Below are positions 47,330-56,170 of a DNA stretch of 64,000 nucleotides, in pieces. The translations under genes were made by a program, and so were the position numbers. The stretch comes from Gemmatimonas sp. Its GTDB lineage: Bacteria; Gemmatimonadota; Gemmatimonadetes; Gemmatimonadales; Gemmatimonadaceae. The notes beneath the pieces were generated by a model. It ran no database searches and had not been told where the DNA came from. It saw only the letters and a list, made by a program, of their open reading frames with translations. Each line of letters opens with the position of its first letter. Position 1 is the first letter of the stretch. The stretch lies in contig JANYJW010000039.1 of the NCBI GenBank assembly GCA_025361705.1, positions 16,231-80,230 on the forward strand, in the 5' to 3' direction.

Positions 47330-47914
47330 ATGCCACTTCGCGCCGTTTCGCTTGCCGTGCTCGTCGTCGCCCTCACCGGGCTGGCGGCATCGCACGCGTG
47401 GGCCCAGAGCGGCGACGGTCCCCAGGTGGGTGACATGGCCCCGGACTTCTCCCTCCCCGGCGCATCCAAGGCCGGCGTGCGCGAGAAAGCCCTGCGCCTG
47501 TCCGATTTCCGCGGGCAAGTCGTCGTCATCTCGTTCTTCCCCAAGGCACGGACCAAGGGCTGAACAGTCCAACATGAGGCGTACCGGGATCAGTACGCCA
47601 CGATCTTCAACGGCGGCAACGGCGTAGTCGCCATTTCCATCAGTTCCGATGGCGTGGACGAACTCGCGTCGTGGGCCAAGGACGCCAACTTCCCTGTCCT
47701 CTTCGCCAGCGACACATCCGGCGAGGTGGCGGCAAAGTACGCCACCACGGGCATGGGCATCGGGCCGATGAAGAAGTTCTACAAGCGGGTGGTCTTCGTG
47801 GTGGGACCCGATGGGCGGGTGGCGCACGTCATGCGCCCGTTCTCGGCCCTTTCACAGGAAGCGTACGTGCAGCTCGACTCGGTTGTCGACCGGGTGGCGC
47901 GCACGGGCCGGTAG
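47330..47914 (+). CDS. Secreted BCP/PrxQ-type peroxiredoxin with in-frame TGA (47561-47563) at the peroxidatic position; candidate selenoprotein (alternative: nonsense pseudogene)
   Basis: ORFs 46814-47563 and 47654-47914 share one frame with only this single stop between them. GAGGAG lies 8 nt before ATG 47330, and the signal peptide is MPLRAVSLAVLVVALTGLAASHAWA. FFPKARTKG-TGA-TVQHEAYRD fits the PxxxTxxC motif and E. coli Bcp YFYPKAMTPGCTVQACGLRD. Confidence 0.6.
47578..47599 (+). promoter_or_regulatory. SECIS-like hairpin downstream of the in-frame TGA
   Basis: 7-bp stem ggcgtac / gtacgcc with an 8-nt loop cgggatca. The stem starts 14 nt and the loop 21 nt after the TGA. Confidence 0.45.
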
Positions 47915-47967
47915 GCGGCAACCCAGGGGCCCGCAGGGCCGGGGGAAGCGTCAATTCAGCGTCATAG

Positions 47968-48007
47968 GAGGGGGGCGGCGGGCGCGCGAGCGCCGACCGC
48001 CCCCCTC
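47968..48007 (+). terminator. GC-rich hairpin downstream of the peroxiredoxin
   Basis: 11-bp stem gaggggggcgg / ccgcccccctc with an inner ggcgc/gcgcc stem. No T tract. Confidence 0.45.
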
Positions 48008-48142
48008 GTCTCGCCAAGTGACAGCCTTCTGACGGTGCCCTTCCATCCTCCATCCGTCGAATTGCCCCCGCCGACGAAGGTGCGGGCACGCCGGTGCGGG
48101 CGGAGCTCCTGCCGGACCGGCATGCACTCTTCGGGACCCGTC

Positions 48143-49486
48143 ATGTACCCTGTGTCAACCGTTCGTTCGTCGATTCCGTCCATTCGCACGGGTGCGGTGA
48201 CGGTGCGCGACCTCTTCGCCGCATCGCTCATCGCCGCCGACCCAACGGCCTTCACGGCGCGCGCGGTGCGCCTGCGCATCCCGGCTGACCGCAGCGCGGC
48301 TCGGCCCACGTGGATCGTGGCCCTGGGCAATGCGGCGATGACGATGGCGCGGGCGGCTGTGCACGAACTGGGGGAGCGCAACACTCCCATCGCCGGCGGC
48401 ATCATCGTGACACCGACGGTGAGCGATGTGCCGCATAAGGCGTTGGTGTCGGTGGCGGGCGACCATCCGCTGCCCGGGCTGCAGTCGTTTGCCGCAGCCG
48501 ACGCGCTGTCCGATTTGTGCGGGCGGGTGACCGGCGACGACCGCGTGTTCGTGCTGCTTTCGGGTGGCGCGTCGAGCCTTGTGGGCGCCCCGGTGGATGG
48601 TGTGGCTGAGGGCGACCTCGTCGCGCTGTGCAACACCCTCATGCGGTCGGGCCTCGACATCGGCCGGGTCAATGCGATTCGCAAGCGCTTCCTGCGCTGG
48701 GGGGCGGGACGCCTCGCCACGCAGCTTGCGCCGGCGCGTCTTGAGCTCATCGTGCTGTCGGACGTCATCGGCGACAACCTGGCGAACATCGCATCGGGGC
48801 CGTGCGTTCCCGACTCGTCCACGGCGGTCGACGTCCGCCGCCTGCTGGACGAAACCTCGCTTGTGGAGCAGGTGCCTCCGCGCATGATGCGCTACCTCGA
48901 CGAGGTGATGCACGGCGCACGTCCGGAGACTCCCAAGTTCGACGCACCCGCCTTCCTGTTCGCCGGCGTCCCGGCCGTGCAGGGCAACAGCGGGGTGCTC
49001 GATGCCGGTGCGCTCCGCGCGCGCGTGCTCGGCTTCGACCCGGTGGTGATCGTCAACGAACCGCTGCACGGCGAGGCCGCGCAGACGGGCGGACGCATCG
49101 CCGCCGCCGCGATGGCACTTCCCCGCGGCAGCGTCGCCTTCTGGGGCGGCGAGACCACGGTGACCATGGGCACGGTCGCCTCGCTCGGCGGCCGGTGCCA
49201 GGAGATGATGCTCGCCGCGGCCATTGCCCTCAATGACGCGGGTTCCGACGCCAGCGGCGTCACCATCCTCGCGGCCGGCACCGACGGCCGCGACGGCCCC
49301 ACCGATGCGGCGGGTGCGATCATCGATGCCGGCACCGCCGCACGCATGATGGAAGCAGGCATGGATCCGAGGAGCGCCCTGCATCGGCACGATAGCTACG
49401 AGGCGCTGCACCTCGCGGGCGGGCTGCTCAAGACGGGTCTCACGGGGACCAACGTGGGTGATGTGGTGATTGCGGTGAGGCACTGA
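48143..49486 (+). CDS. Glycerate 2-kinase / hydroxypyruvate-reductase-like (DUF4147 + MOFRL)
   Basis: VFVLLSGGASSL, NAIRKRFLRWGAGRL, GGETTVT and AAGTDGRDGPTDAAGA segments. Alternative ATG start at 48122. Confidence 0.85.
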   Translation: MYPVSTVRSSIPSIRTGAVTVRDLFAASLIAADPTAFTARAVRLRIPADRSAARPTWIVALGNAAMTMARAAVHELGERNTPIAGGIIVTPTVSDVPHKALVSVAGDHPLPGLQSFAAADALSDLCGRVTGDDRVFVLLSGGASSLVGAPVDGVAEGDLVALCNTLMRSGLDIGRVNAIRKRFLRWGAGRLATQLAPARLELIVLSDVIGDNLANIASGPCVPDSSTAVDVRRLLDETSLVEQVPPRMMRYLDEVMHGARPETPKFDAPAFLFAGVPAVQGNSGVLDAGALRARVLGFDPVVIVNEPLHGEAAQTGGRIAAAAMALPRGSVAFWGGETTVTMGTVASLGGRCQEMMLAAAIALNDAGSDASGVTILAAGTDGRDGPTDAAGAIIDAGTAARMMEAGMDPRSALHRHDSYEALHLAGGLLKTGLTGTNVGDVVIAVRH

Positions 49487-49501
49487 GCGGAGCGGAAGAA
49501 C

Positions 49502-49602
49502 GATTGAGGATATCGACTCAGGACGTCGATCGAGGACCCCGATTTCGGACACAGATCGCGATTCGCTGTCCGAGCTCGAAATCCTCGACCGAGGTCCTGA
49601 GT
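49502..49602 (+). repeat. Repeat family 1 copy forming a ~90-nt imperfect hairpin
   Basis: GATTGAGGA at 49502. Arms actcaggac (49516-49524) / gtcctgagt (49594-49602), cgagga/tcctcg and cggaca/tgtccg. The apex contains GATCGCGATTC. Confidence 0.7.
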
Positions 49603-49666
49603 CCGTATCGGTGATGGGCATGCACCGCCCATGGCGCGCCCACCCTCGCGGCGCGAAATTGGCTCC

Positions 49667-50611
49667 ATGATCCCCGCCCCATTCACCGTCGCCCTCATTC
49701 AGGACGGCGTCGCTCCGACCCGGGGTGAGACGCTCGAGCGCACCGTCACCGCCATTCGCTCCGCCCACGCGCTTGGGGCGCAGGTGATCTGCCTCAAGGA
49801 ACTCTTCGACGCGCCGTATTTCTGCAAGACGCTCGACCTCGAGCGCTTCAACCTCGCGGAGCCGGTGCCAGGACCCACCGTTCAGCGGCTCAGTGCAGTG
49901 GCCGCCGAGCTGGCCGTCGTGCTCATCGTGCCGCTCTACGAACGGCAGGCCGCGGGCGTCTACCGCAACTCGGCCGTCATCATCGACGCCGACGGCACGG
50001 TGCAGGGCGCCTACCGCAAGATGCACATTCCGCACGACCCGCTCTTCGAGGAGAAGTACTACTTCGCGCCAGGCGAGTCGCACGACGCCGTACAGCCGAC
50101 CGGCTCGCGCGGCCCCGCGGGCGAAGCCGGCGGCTTCATGGTGTGGAAGACGCGCTATGCGACCATCGGCGTGTTGATCTGCTGGGACCAGTGGTATCCC
50201 GAAGCGGCGCGCATCACGGCATTGCTCGGCGCCGACATCCTGTTCTACCCGACCGCCATCGGCTGGCACCCGGCCGAAAAAGCAGAGTGGGGGCAGGCGC
50301 AGGTCGACGCGTGGCGCACGGCACAGCGCGCGCACGCCATCGCCAACGGGGTTTTCGTTGCGGCGGTCAACCGGGCAGGGTTCGAGGCCGAAGCCGGCAC
50401 GGACGGCATCGAGTTCTTCGGGCACTCATTTGTGTACGATCCGTTTGGCCGACCCCTGGCCGAGGCGGGCACGGATGAGACAGTGCTCATGGCCACGTGC
50501 GATCCAGCCCGCATTGAGGAAACGCGCCGCAACTGGCCGTTCCTGCGCGACCGGCGCGTGGATGCCTACGAAGGCATTCTCAAACGGTGGATAGGACTTC
50601 GGAACGACTGA
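49667..50611 (+). CDS. aguB: N-carbamoylputrescine amidase (CN-hydrolase family)
   Basis: Catalytic triad context: CLKELF (Glu), YRKMHIP (Lys), ICWDQWYPE (Cys). Adjacent to agmatine deiminase. Confidence 0.88.
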   Translation: MIPAPFTVALIQDGVAPTRGETLERTVTAIRSAHALGAQVICLKELFDAPYFCKTLDLERFNLAEPVPGPTVQRLSAVAAELAVVLIVPLYERQAAGVYRNSAVIIDADGTVQGAYRKMHIPHDPLFEEKYYFAPGESHDAVQPTGSRGPAGEAGGFMVWKTRYATIGVLICWDQWYPEAARITALLGADILFYPTAIGWHPAEKAEWGQAQVDAWRTAQRAHAIANGVFVAAVNRAGFEAEAGTDGIEFFGHSFVYDPFGRPLAEAGTDETVLMATCDPARIEETRRNWPFLRDRRVDAYEGILKRWIGLRND

Positions 50612-50684
50612 ATATTCCGTGGCCTGCAGGCCGTACGCTGTACGCCGTCTGCTCTGAACGTCGCCCGTCTTTCGTCAATCGCCG

Positions 50685-50725
50685 CCCGTCTCCCGTCTCC
50701 CGTCTCCCGTCTCCCGTCTCCCGTC
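50685..50725 (+). repeat. Tandem heptanucleotide repeat (CCCGTCT) x 5.9
   Basis: Perfect copies end 3 nt before the aguA ATG. A further degenerate copy lies at 50664-50670. Confidence 0.9.
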
Positions 50726-50728
50726 CAA

Positions 50729-51769
50729 ATGCCCCGCTTCCCCGCCGAGTGGGAACCCCACGCTGCTACCTGGATTGCGTGGCCGCACCACGAACCCGAT
50801 TGGCCCGGCAAGTTTGAGCCGATCCCGTGGGTCTTCGCGGAGATCGCGCGCGTGCTGGCGGTGTCGGAACAGGTGGAGATCCTCTGCCACGACGAGTCGG
50901 TGCGCGAGGACGCCGAGGCGTGCCTGGCGGCCCATCATGTGACGGCGCGTGTGCGGCTGCACCTCAAGCCCACCGACCGCGTCTGGATGCGCGACAGCGC
51001 GCCCACCGGCGTGCTGGAGAAGGACGGCCAGCTCACCTGGTGCGATTGGGGATTCAACGCGTGGGCCAAGTACGACAACTACGCGCTCGACGCGACGATC
51101 GGCGAGTTCGTCGCCGCCACGACAACGCGGCCGCGGCGTGCGCCCGAACGCGCGGACGCCCTGGGCCGCGTGGTGCTCGAAGGCGGCGGCCTCGAGACTG
51201 ATGGGCTGGGCACGATCATGGTCACCGAGGAATGGCTCCTCTCCGGCGTGCAGGATCGGAATCCCGGGCTCCGGCGCGCCGACTATGAGCGGATCTTCGC
51301 CGCCGAGCTCGGCTGCCCCACCACCATCTGGCTGGGCGAGGGCTGCGTGGGCGACGACACGCACGGGCACGTGGACGACATCGCGCGCTGGGTCGCGCCC
51401 GGAATGGTGGTGCTCGCGCACGAAGAGGACCCGGACGACGAGAACCACCGGCGGTCGGTCGACAACCTGCAGCGCCTGCGCGCGGCGCGTGATGCCCGCG
51501 GCCAGCCCATCGAGGTGGTGACGCTCCCCTTTCCACGCGCCGTCATGATGGAAGGACAGCGCCTGCCGGCGAGCTACGCCAATTTCTACATCGCCAACGG
51601 CGCGGTGCTGATGCCCACGTTCAACGACGCCAACGACCGCGTGGCACTCAACGTCCTCGCCGCCCTGATGTCTGACCGCGCGGTGATCGGCATCCACGCC
51701 CGCGATCTCGTCTGGGGGCTTGGCACGCTGCACTGCCTCACCCAGCAACAGCCGGCCGGGCGGCGCTAG
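50729..51769 (+). CDS. aguA: Agmatine deiminase
   Basis: MPRFPAEWEPHAATWIAWPH N-terminus and C-terminal catalytic GTLHCLTQQQP (Cys), PAD_porph family. Confidence 0.9.
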   Translation: MPRFPAEWEPHAATWIAWPHHEPDWPGKFEPIPWVFAEIARVLAVSEQVEILCHDESVREDAEACLAAHHVTARVRLHLKPTDRVWMRDSAPTGVLEKDGQLTWCDWGFNAWAKYDNYALDATIGEFVAATTTRPRRAPERADALGRVVLEGGGLETDGLGTIMVTEEWLLSGVQDRNPGLRRADYERIFAAELGCPTTIWLGEGCVGDDTHGHVDDIARWVAPGMVVLAHEEDPDDENHRRSVDNLQRLRAARDARGQPIEVVTLPFPRAVMMEGQRLPASYANFYIANGAVLMPTFNDANDRVALNVLAALMSDRAVIGIHARDLVWGLGTLHCLTQQQPAGRR

Positions 51770-51886
51770 CGCGGCGGCCCAACCGACACGCGCTGGAGGT
51801 TCCGCCGAGACCCGCCGGGCGTGCATTATATATGGTTCGGGTCGGCATCGGCCCACCATCCATACTGTCCGCCCCTGGAGACCGAC

Positions 51887-52972
51887 GTGCGGCACCTCTT
51901 CGCGCTCTGTTGCCTGGCCGCACTCGGCTGCGGTGCAGGCAACACCGGCCAGACCATCGTGTTGGGTTCTGCCGGACCGTGGACGGAAGGGTACGGCCAG
52001 ATGTGCCGACGTGGCATCGAACTGGCGCGTGACGAGATCAACGCGGCCGGCGGCATTCGCGGCAGCAAGATCGAAATCCGCTTTGAGGACGACAGCGCCA
52101 GCGGCCCGGTGGCCGCGCGCATCGCCCAGCGGTTTGTGGACGCGCCCGAGGTGCTCGGCGTCATCGGCCACATGAGTTCTGGCGCCATGCTCGCTGCGGC
52201 GGGCCTGTACGACGGCAAGGTGCCGGCCATCGCCACCACGGTCACATCGCCCGCGCTCTCGGGCATTTCGCCGTGGATCTTCCGCGTCATCTCCAGCGAC
52301 TCCACCAACGGCGTGCAATTGGCCGCCGCGGCCAACGCGATGCGCTCGCGGCGCGCCGCCATCATCTATGAGAACGACGGCTACGGCCGCGGACTCTCGG
52401 CGAGTTTTCAGGCCGCGTACAAGGGCACCGTCATCGCCGACGATCCCATTGCCGGCAACATCGCGAACGCCGAGCCGTACGTCGCCTTCATCAAGCGCGA
52501 GCATCCCGATGTGGTGCTGGTGGCTGGCAATGACGCCTCGGCGCTCGTGATCCTGCGCGAGGCCCGGCGGCAGCAGGTGCGCACGCAGTTCATCGGGGGC
52601 GACGGCTGGACGCCGATCGTTACCGATACGGCGGCGGCGGAGGGCGCATTGATCGGCGCGCCGTTCACGGCCGACGACCAGCGCCCCGATGCCAGGAAGT
52701 TCGTCGCTGCCTTCCAGAAGGCATACAAGGTGGAGCCCGACGGCAACGCGGCGCTGGGCTACGACGCCACCATCACGATGGTGCGCGCCATCGACGGCGC
52801 GGGCTCCAATCGCGGCGCCATCCGGGCGTGGCTGCACGCACTCACCGCGCGCACGGCGGTGCCCGGAGCCACCGGCCCCATCCATTTCCTCCCGAGCGGC
52901 GATCCCGTGGGCAAGGGCATCGTGCTTACGCGCGTCCGCAGCGGCCGCCTCGTCCCGGAGACGGTGCGATGA
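51887..52972 (+). CDS. Periplasmic substrate-binding lipoprotein, LivJ/Peripla_BP_6 family
   Basis: Lipobox [28 protein letters not shown]...GVIGHMSSG...PAIATT fits the type I SBP pattern. GTG start. Confidence 0.85.
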   Translation: MRHLFALCCLAALGCGAGNTGQTIVLGSAGPWTEGYGQMCRRGIELARDEINAAGGIRGSKIEIRFEDDSASGPVAARIAQRFVDAPEVLGVIGHMSSGAMLAAAGLYDGKVPAIATTVTSPALSGISPWIFRVISSDSTNGVQLAAAANAMRSRRAAIIYENDGYGRGLSASFQAAYKGTVIADDPIAGNIANAEPYVAFIKREHPDVVLVAGNDASALVILREARRQQVRTQFIGGDGWTPIVTDTAAAEGALIGAPFTADDQRPDARKFVAAFQKAYKVEPDGNAALGYDATITMVRAIDGAGSNRGAIRAWLHALTARTAVPGATGPIHFLPSGDPVGKGIVLTRVRSGRLVPETVR

Positions 52973-54687
52973 GCCAGCGCGACATTTCCTTCAAGTTCGG
53001 CTCCATTCGTACCCGTCTGCTGTTTGGCTTCATCTTCATGGTCCTGCTCCTCAATGCTGCTGGCGCGGTGGGGCGGTACTCGCTGGTTTCGCTTGGCGCT
53101 GCGGTCAACAACCAGTTGATGTCGCACCAGCAGGAGGCCGAGTATGCGGCCACCCTCACCAGCAGCATCGCCCAAGAGCTGAGCAACGGCCGCCGCTATG
53201 CCGAGGGCAGCGACAGCACGGCACATGCCGAATTCCATGCGTTCGGCCTCGCCGCGCATCAGGCACAGACGCGCCTCACCACGAGCGCCGAGCTCAGCAC
53301 CGATGAAGTGGGCCTGCTGGCGGCCGCCGACAGCCGCCTGTCCACGATCGAGGTGGAACTGTCGCTGGCGGCGCGGTTGCGCGACCTTGGCCGCACCGCC
53401 GAATCGGTGCGCATCGCGGAGGCCACGCACGACATCGAATCGGCGCTGCTGGGCGACATCCGCCGCCTCAGCCACATGCGCGCGCGGCAAATGAACCAGA
53501 CCGCCGCCAAGATCAGCGACGACGCCAAGCGACGCGCCAATATCCTCGTGGCGGTCATTCTTGGCGCCATCGCCATCGGCATCGTCGTGGTGGCGAGCAC
53601 AGTGCGCGGCATCACGACGCCGCTGCAGTACCTCGTGTCGCACGCGCAGGCGCTCAGCCGCGGGCGGCTCGACGTGCGGACCGACGCGGAACTGCCGGGC
53701 GAATTCCGGGATCTCGCGATGGCGATGAACATCACCGCCGACTCGCTCAACCGCCTCGCGACCGGTGCGCACGCCACCGCCGAGGAAGTCTCGACGTCGG
53801 CGCACCAGCTCGCCTCGGCCGCCGAACAGGTGTCGCTGGCCGCCAGCCAGACGGCCACGGCCATGGGCGAGGTCACCGAAGGCGCCGAACTGCAGGTGAC
53901 GGAACTGCGCCGCGTGGATGACGCACTCACGCACATCCGCGAGCGCGCCAGCGCCGTGCGCGAGGGCGCGGCCGAAGTGCGGGGACTCGCCAGCGAGATC
54001 GATCAGGCCGCACGCGAGAAACGCGCCGAAGTGGAGCGGTCGGTGGGCATCCTGCTTGAAGTGCGGCACTCCGTGGAGCGCGCCGCGCGCGAGGTCGTCG
54101 AGCTGAACACCACGGCCGAGACGATCAACCGGTTTGTCAGCGTCGTGAGCCGCATCGCCGAACAGACCAACCTGCTCGCGCTCAACGCGGCCATCGAAGC
54201 AGCGCGTGCCGGCGCGTCAGGCCGCGGGTTTGCCGTGGTCGCCGACGAAGTGCGCAAGCTGGCCGAGCAGGCGCAGCAGGCCGCCGACGACATCGTGCAG
54301 CTCACGGCGGTCGTGCAGTTGCGCGTCGGCAGCACCACCAAGGCAATGCAGGCCGGTGCGACGCTGGTGGGCGAAATCGAAAACCTCTCGCGCGACCTCG
54401 ACAACTCGCTGGCCACCATCGTCTTCTCGGCGGGGCGCGCGCTGCAGGCCTCGATCACCGTGTCGGAGGCCGCGGAGGGCAACCTCGCGGCTGTTCAGGA
54501 GGCCGCGACCGGCATCACGCACGCGGCCCGCACGGCCGAGGGACACGCGGCGGCCGCCCAGCAAGTGAGCGCGTCGACGCAGGAGCAGAGCGCGTCGAGC
54601 GAGGAAATGCAGTCCGCGGCGACGACGCTGCTTGAGAGCGCCCTGCACCTCAAGGCAATTGTCGCGGGTCTGCGGTCGAACACCTGA
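52969..54687 (+). CDS. Methyl-accepting chemotaxis protein (4-helix-bundle sensor, HAMP, MCP signalling domain)
   Basis: Two TM helices flank a ~160-aa helical periplasmic domain. HAMP region ([18 protein letters not shown]...). Highly conserved hairpin [39 protein letters not shown]. The ATG overlaps the SBP stop (ATGA). Confidence 0.9.
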   Translation: MSQRDISFKFGSIRTRLLFGFIFMVLLLNAAGAVGRYSLVSLGAAVNNQLMSHQQEAEYAATLTSSIAQELSNGRRYAEGSDSTAHAEFHAFGLAAHQAQTRLTTSAELSTDEVGLLAAADSRLSTIEVELSLAARLRDLGRTAESVRIAEATHDIESALLGDIRRLSHMRARQMNQTAAKISDDAKRRANILVAVILGAIAIGIVVVASTVRGITTPLQYLVSHAQALSRGRLDVRTDAELPGEFRDLAMAMNITADSLNRLATGAHATAEEVSTSAHQLASAAEQVSLAASQTATAMGEVTEGAELQVTELRRVDDALTHIRERASAVREGAAEVRGLASEIDQAAREKRAEVERSVGILLEVRHSVERAAREVVELNTTAETINRFVSVVSRIAEQTNLLALNAAIEAARAGASGRGFAVVADEVRKLAEQAQQAADDIVQLTAVVQLRVGSTTKAMQAGATLVGEIENLSRDLDNSLATIVFSAGRALQASITVSEAAEGNLAAVQEAATGITHAARTAEGHAAAAQQVSASTQEQSASSEEMQSAATTLLESALHLKAIVAGLRSNT

Positions 54688-54706
54688 CCAGCGTCCGGCG
54701 ACAGCG

Positions 54707-54740
54707 CGGCGGGGCATCCGACGTTCCGGGTGCCCCGCCG
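54707..54740 (+). terminator. Hairpin after the MCP gene
   Basis: 10-bp stem cggcggggca / tgccccgccg with a 14-nt loop. The T tract is weak (ttgcctt). Confidence 0.45.
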
Positions 54741-54759
54741 TTGCCTTAGGTTGAACGAC

Positions 54760-55485
54760 GTGACGGAACTCACTGCCCCAGCGGTGCCCGCAGGCACCAA
54801 GGCCGTGCTGCTGCTCAGCGGCGGGCTCGACTCGGCCACGGTGCTCGCATGGGCCACGCGCGCCGGGTATGCCGTGCATGCGCTGTCGTTTCGCTACGGC
54901 CAGCGCCACGAGGCCGAGCTCGCCCGCGCGCGCGCGCTGGCGGCCGAGTGGCGCGCGATGCAGCACATCACCTGCGACATCGACCTCCGGCAGTTCGGCG
55001 GATCGGCGCTGACGAGCAACGCCGCAGTGCCAAAAGACCGCGACGAAGGCGCCATGGCGCACGGCATTCCCGTGACGTACGTGCCTGCCCGCAACACCAT
55101 CTTCCTGTCGTTCGCGATGGCGTGGGCTGAGGTGCTTGGCGCCGCGGACCTGTTCATCGGGGTCAACGCGCTCGACTACAGTGGCTATCCTGACTGCCGC
55201 CCGGAGTTCATCGCGGCGTTCCAGCAGATGGCGAACCTCGCCACGCGGGCCGGCGTCGAGGGGGCCACGAGACTGCAGATTCACGCGCCGCTGCTGCAGA
55301 TGAGCAAGCGCGACATCATCACGCTGGGCACGTCGCTGGGCGTCGACTACGCCAAGACGACCAGCTGCTACGATCCCGCACCCGACGATGCCGCGTGCGG
55401 TCACTGCGACGCGTGCCAACTGCGGCTGCGCGGCTTTGCGCAGGCAGGACTCGTCGACCCCGTGCGCTATCAGGCATCGCCGTAG
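54760..55485 (+). CDS. queC: 7-cyano-7-deazaguanine (preQ0) synthase
   Basis: [13 protein letters not shown]-loop, and a C-terminal zinc cluster CYDP...[10 protein letters not shown]. Start is GTG 54760 or TTG 54751. Confidence 0.9.
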   Translation: MTELTAPAVPAGTKAVLLLSGGLDSATVLAWATRAGYAVHALSFRYGQRHEAELARARALAAEWRAMQHITCDIDLRQFGGSALTSNAAVPKDRDEGAMAHGIPVTYVPARNTIFLSFAMAWAEVLGAADLFIGVNALDYSGYPDCRPEFIAAFQQMANLATRAGVEGATRLQIHAPLLQMSKRDIITLGTSLGVDYAKTTSCYDPAPDDAACGHCDACQLRLRGFAQAGLVDPVRYQASP

Positions 55486-55492
55486 CCCCGCA

Positions 55493-55516
55493 TCTACCGT
55501 TTACCGTCCACCGTCT
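55493..55516 (+). repeat. ctaccgtttaccgtccaccgtct (repeat family 3)
   Basis: Lies between queC and queE and ends 3 nt before the queE GTG. It contains the 15-mer shared with 22503-22517. Confidence 0.8.
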
Positions 55517-55519
55517 CGC

Positions 55520-56158
55520 GTGTACTACACCGTCAAGGAAATCTTCTACACACTGCAGGGCGAGGGCGTCCACGCCGGACGTCCGGCCGTGTTTTGCCGG
55601 TTCGCGGGGTGCAATCTCTGGTCCGGCCGTGAGGTCGACCGCGCCGACGCCGTCTGCACGTTCTGCGACACCGACTTCGTGGGTGTCGGCCCCGACGGCG
55701 GACGGTTTGTCACCCCGGGTGACCTCGCCGACGCGGTGACCGCGGCGTGGCCGGCCAACGACGAGAGCGGACGCGCGCGGTACGTCGTCTGCACCGGCGG
55801 CGAGCCGTTGCTGCAGCTTGACGAAGCGGCGATTGACGCGCTGCATCAGCGCGGATTCACCGTGGCGGTGGAGACCAACGGCACACTCCCGCTGTCGCGC
55901 GGCCTCGACTGGGTATGCGTAAGTCCCAAGGCAGGGGCCGAACTCGTCGTGCGCGGCGGCGACGAGCTGAAGCTCGTGTATCCACAGACGGGCGCCGAGC
56001 CCGAGCGGTACCGGCATCTCGAATTCCGCGCCTTCTCCCTGCAGCCGATGGACGGCGCTGACCGGGACGCCAACACGAGCGCCGCCATCGCCTACTGCCT
56101 CGCGCATCCGCAGTGGCGCCTGAGTCTCCAGACCCACAAGGACCTCGGCCTGCGCTAG
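55520..56158 (+). CDS. queE: 7-carboxy-7-deazaguanine synthase (radical SAM)
   Basis: EIFYTLQGEG and the CRFAGCNLWSG...CTFCDT cluster motifs. C-terminal LSLQTHK. Confidence 0.9.
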   Translation: MYYTVKEIFYTLQGEGVHAGRPAVFCRFAGCNLWSGREVDRADAVCTFCDTDFVGVGPDGGRFVTPGDLADAVTAAWPANDESGRARYVVCTGGEPLLQLDEAAIDALHQRGFTVAVETNGTLPLSRGLDWVCVSPKAGAELVVRGGDELKLVYPQTGAEPERYRHLEFRAFSLQPMDGADRDANTSAAIAYCLAHPQWRLSLQTHKDLGLR

Positions 56159-56170
56159 GCAGTTCCGTAT

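Noticed and set aside
47561-47563. Treating the TGA simply as the end of a 77-aa protein, with a separate 86-aa protein at 47654
   Set aside because: Neither fragment would be a functional thioredoxin fold. The 90 nt between them are in frame, free of stops, and continue the Bcp alignment. The pseudogene alternative is retained as the main competing hypothesis in the finding.
47915-48142. Looked for a tRNA-Sec (selC) or other tRNA next to the candidate selenoprotein, and in all the other spacers
   Set aside because: I could not assemble a cloverleaf or long-acceptor-stem structure with a UCA anticodon by eye. The region contains only a GC-rich terminator-like hairpin. A tRNA scanner is still needed for certainty.
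48155-50425. 756-aa minus-strand ORF opposite the glycerate kinase and aguB genes. Similar cases are 57448-60372, 26970-28754, 6464-8311, 50675-52885, 54217-55419 and 22317-23423.
   Set aside because: All are antisense or off-frame to genes with clear catalytic motifs. Their composition is dominated by Arg/Gly/Ala/His runs, and there are no domain signatures or sensible starts.
50685-50725. The tandem repeats here, and at 60295-60322, 24338-24397 and 25685-25738, considered as CRISPR arrays
   Set aside because: The units are 7-12 bp with no spacers, far too short for CRISPR. There are no cas genes in the window.
54688-54759. preQ1 riboswitch upstream of queC
   Set aside because: The spacer contains only a GC-rich hairpin. 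It shows no preQ1-I/II-like conserved A-rich tail or pseudoknot sequence.
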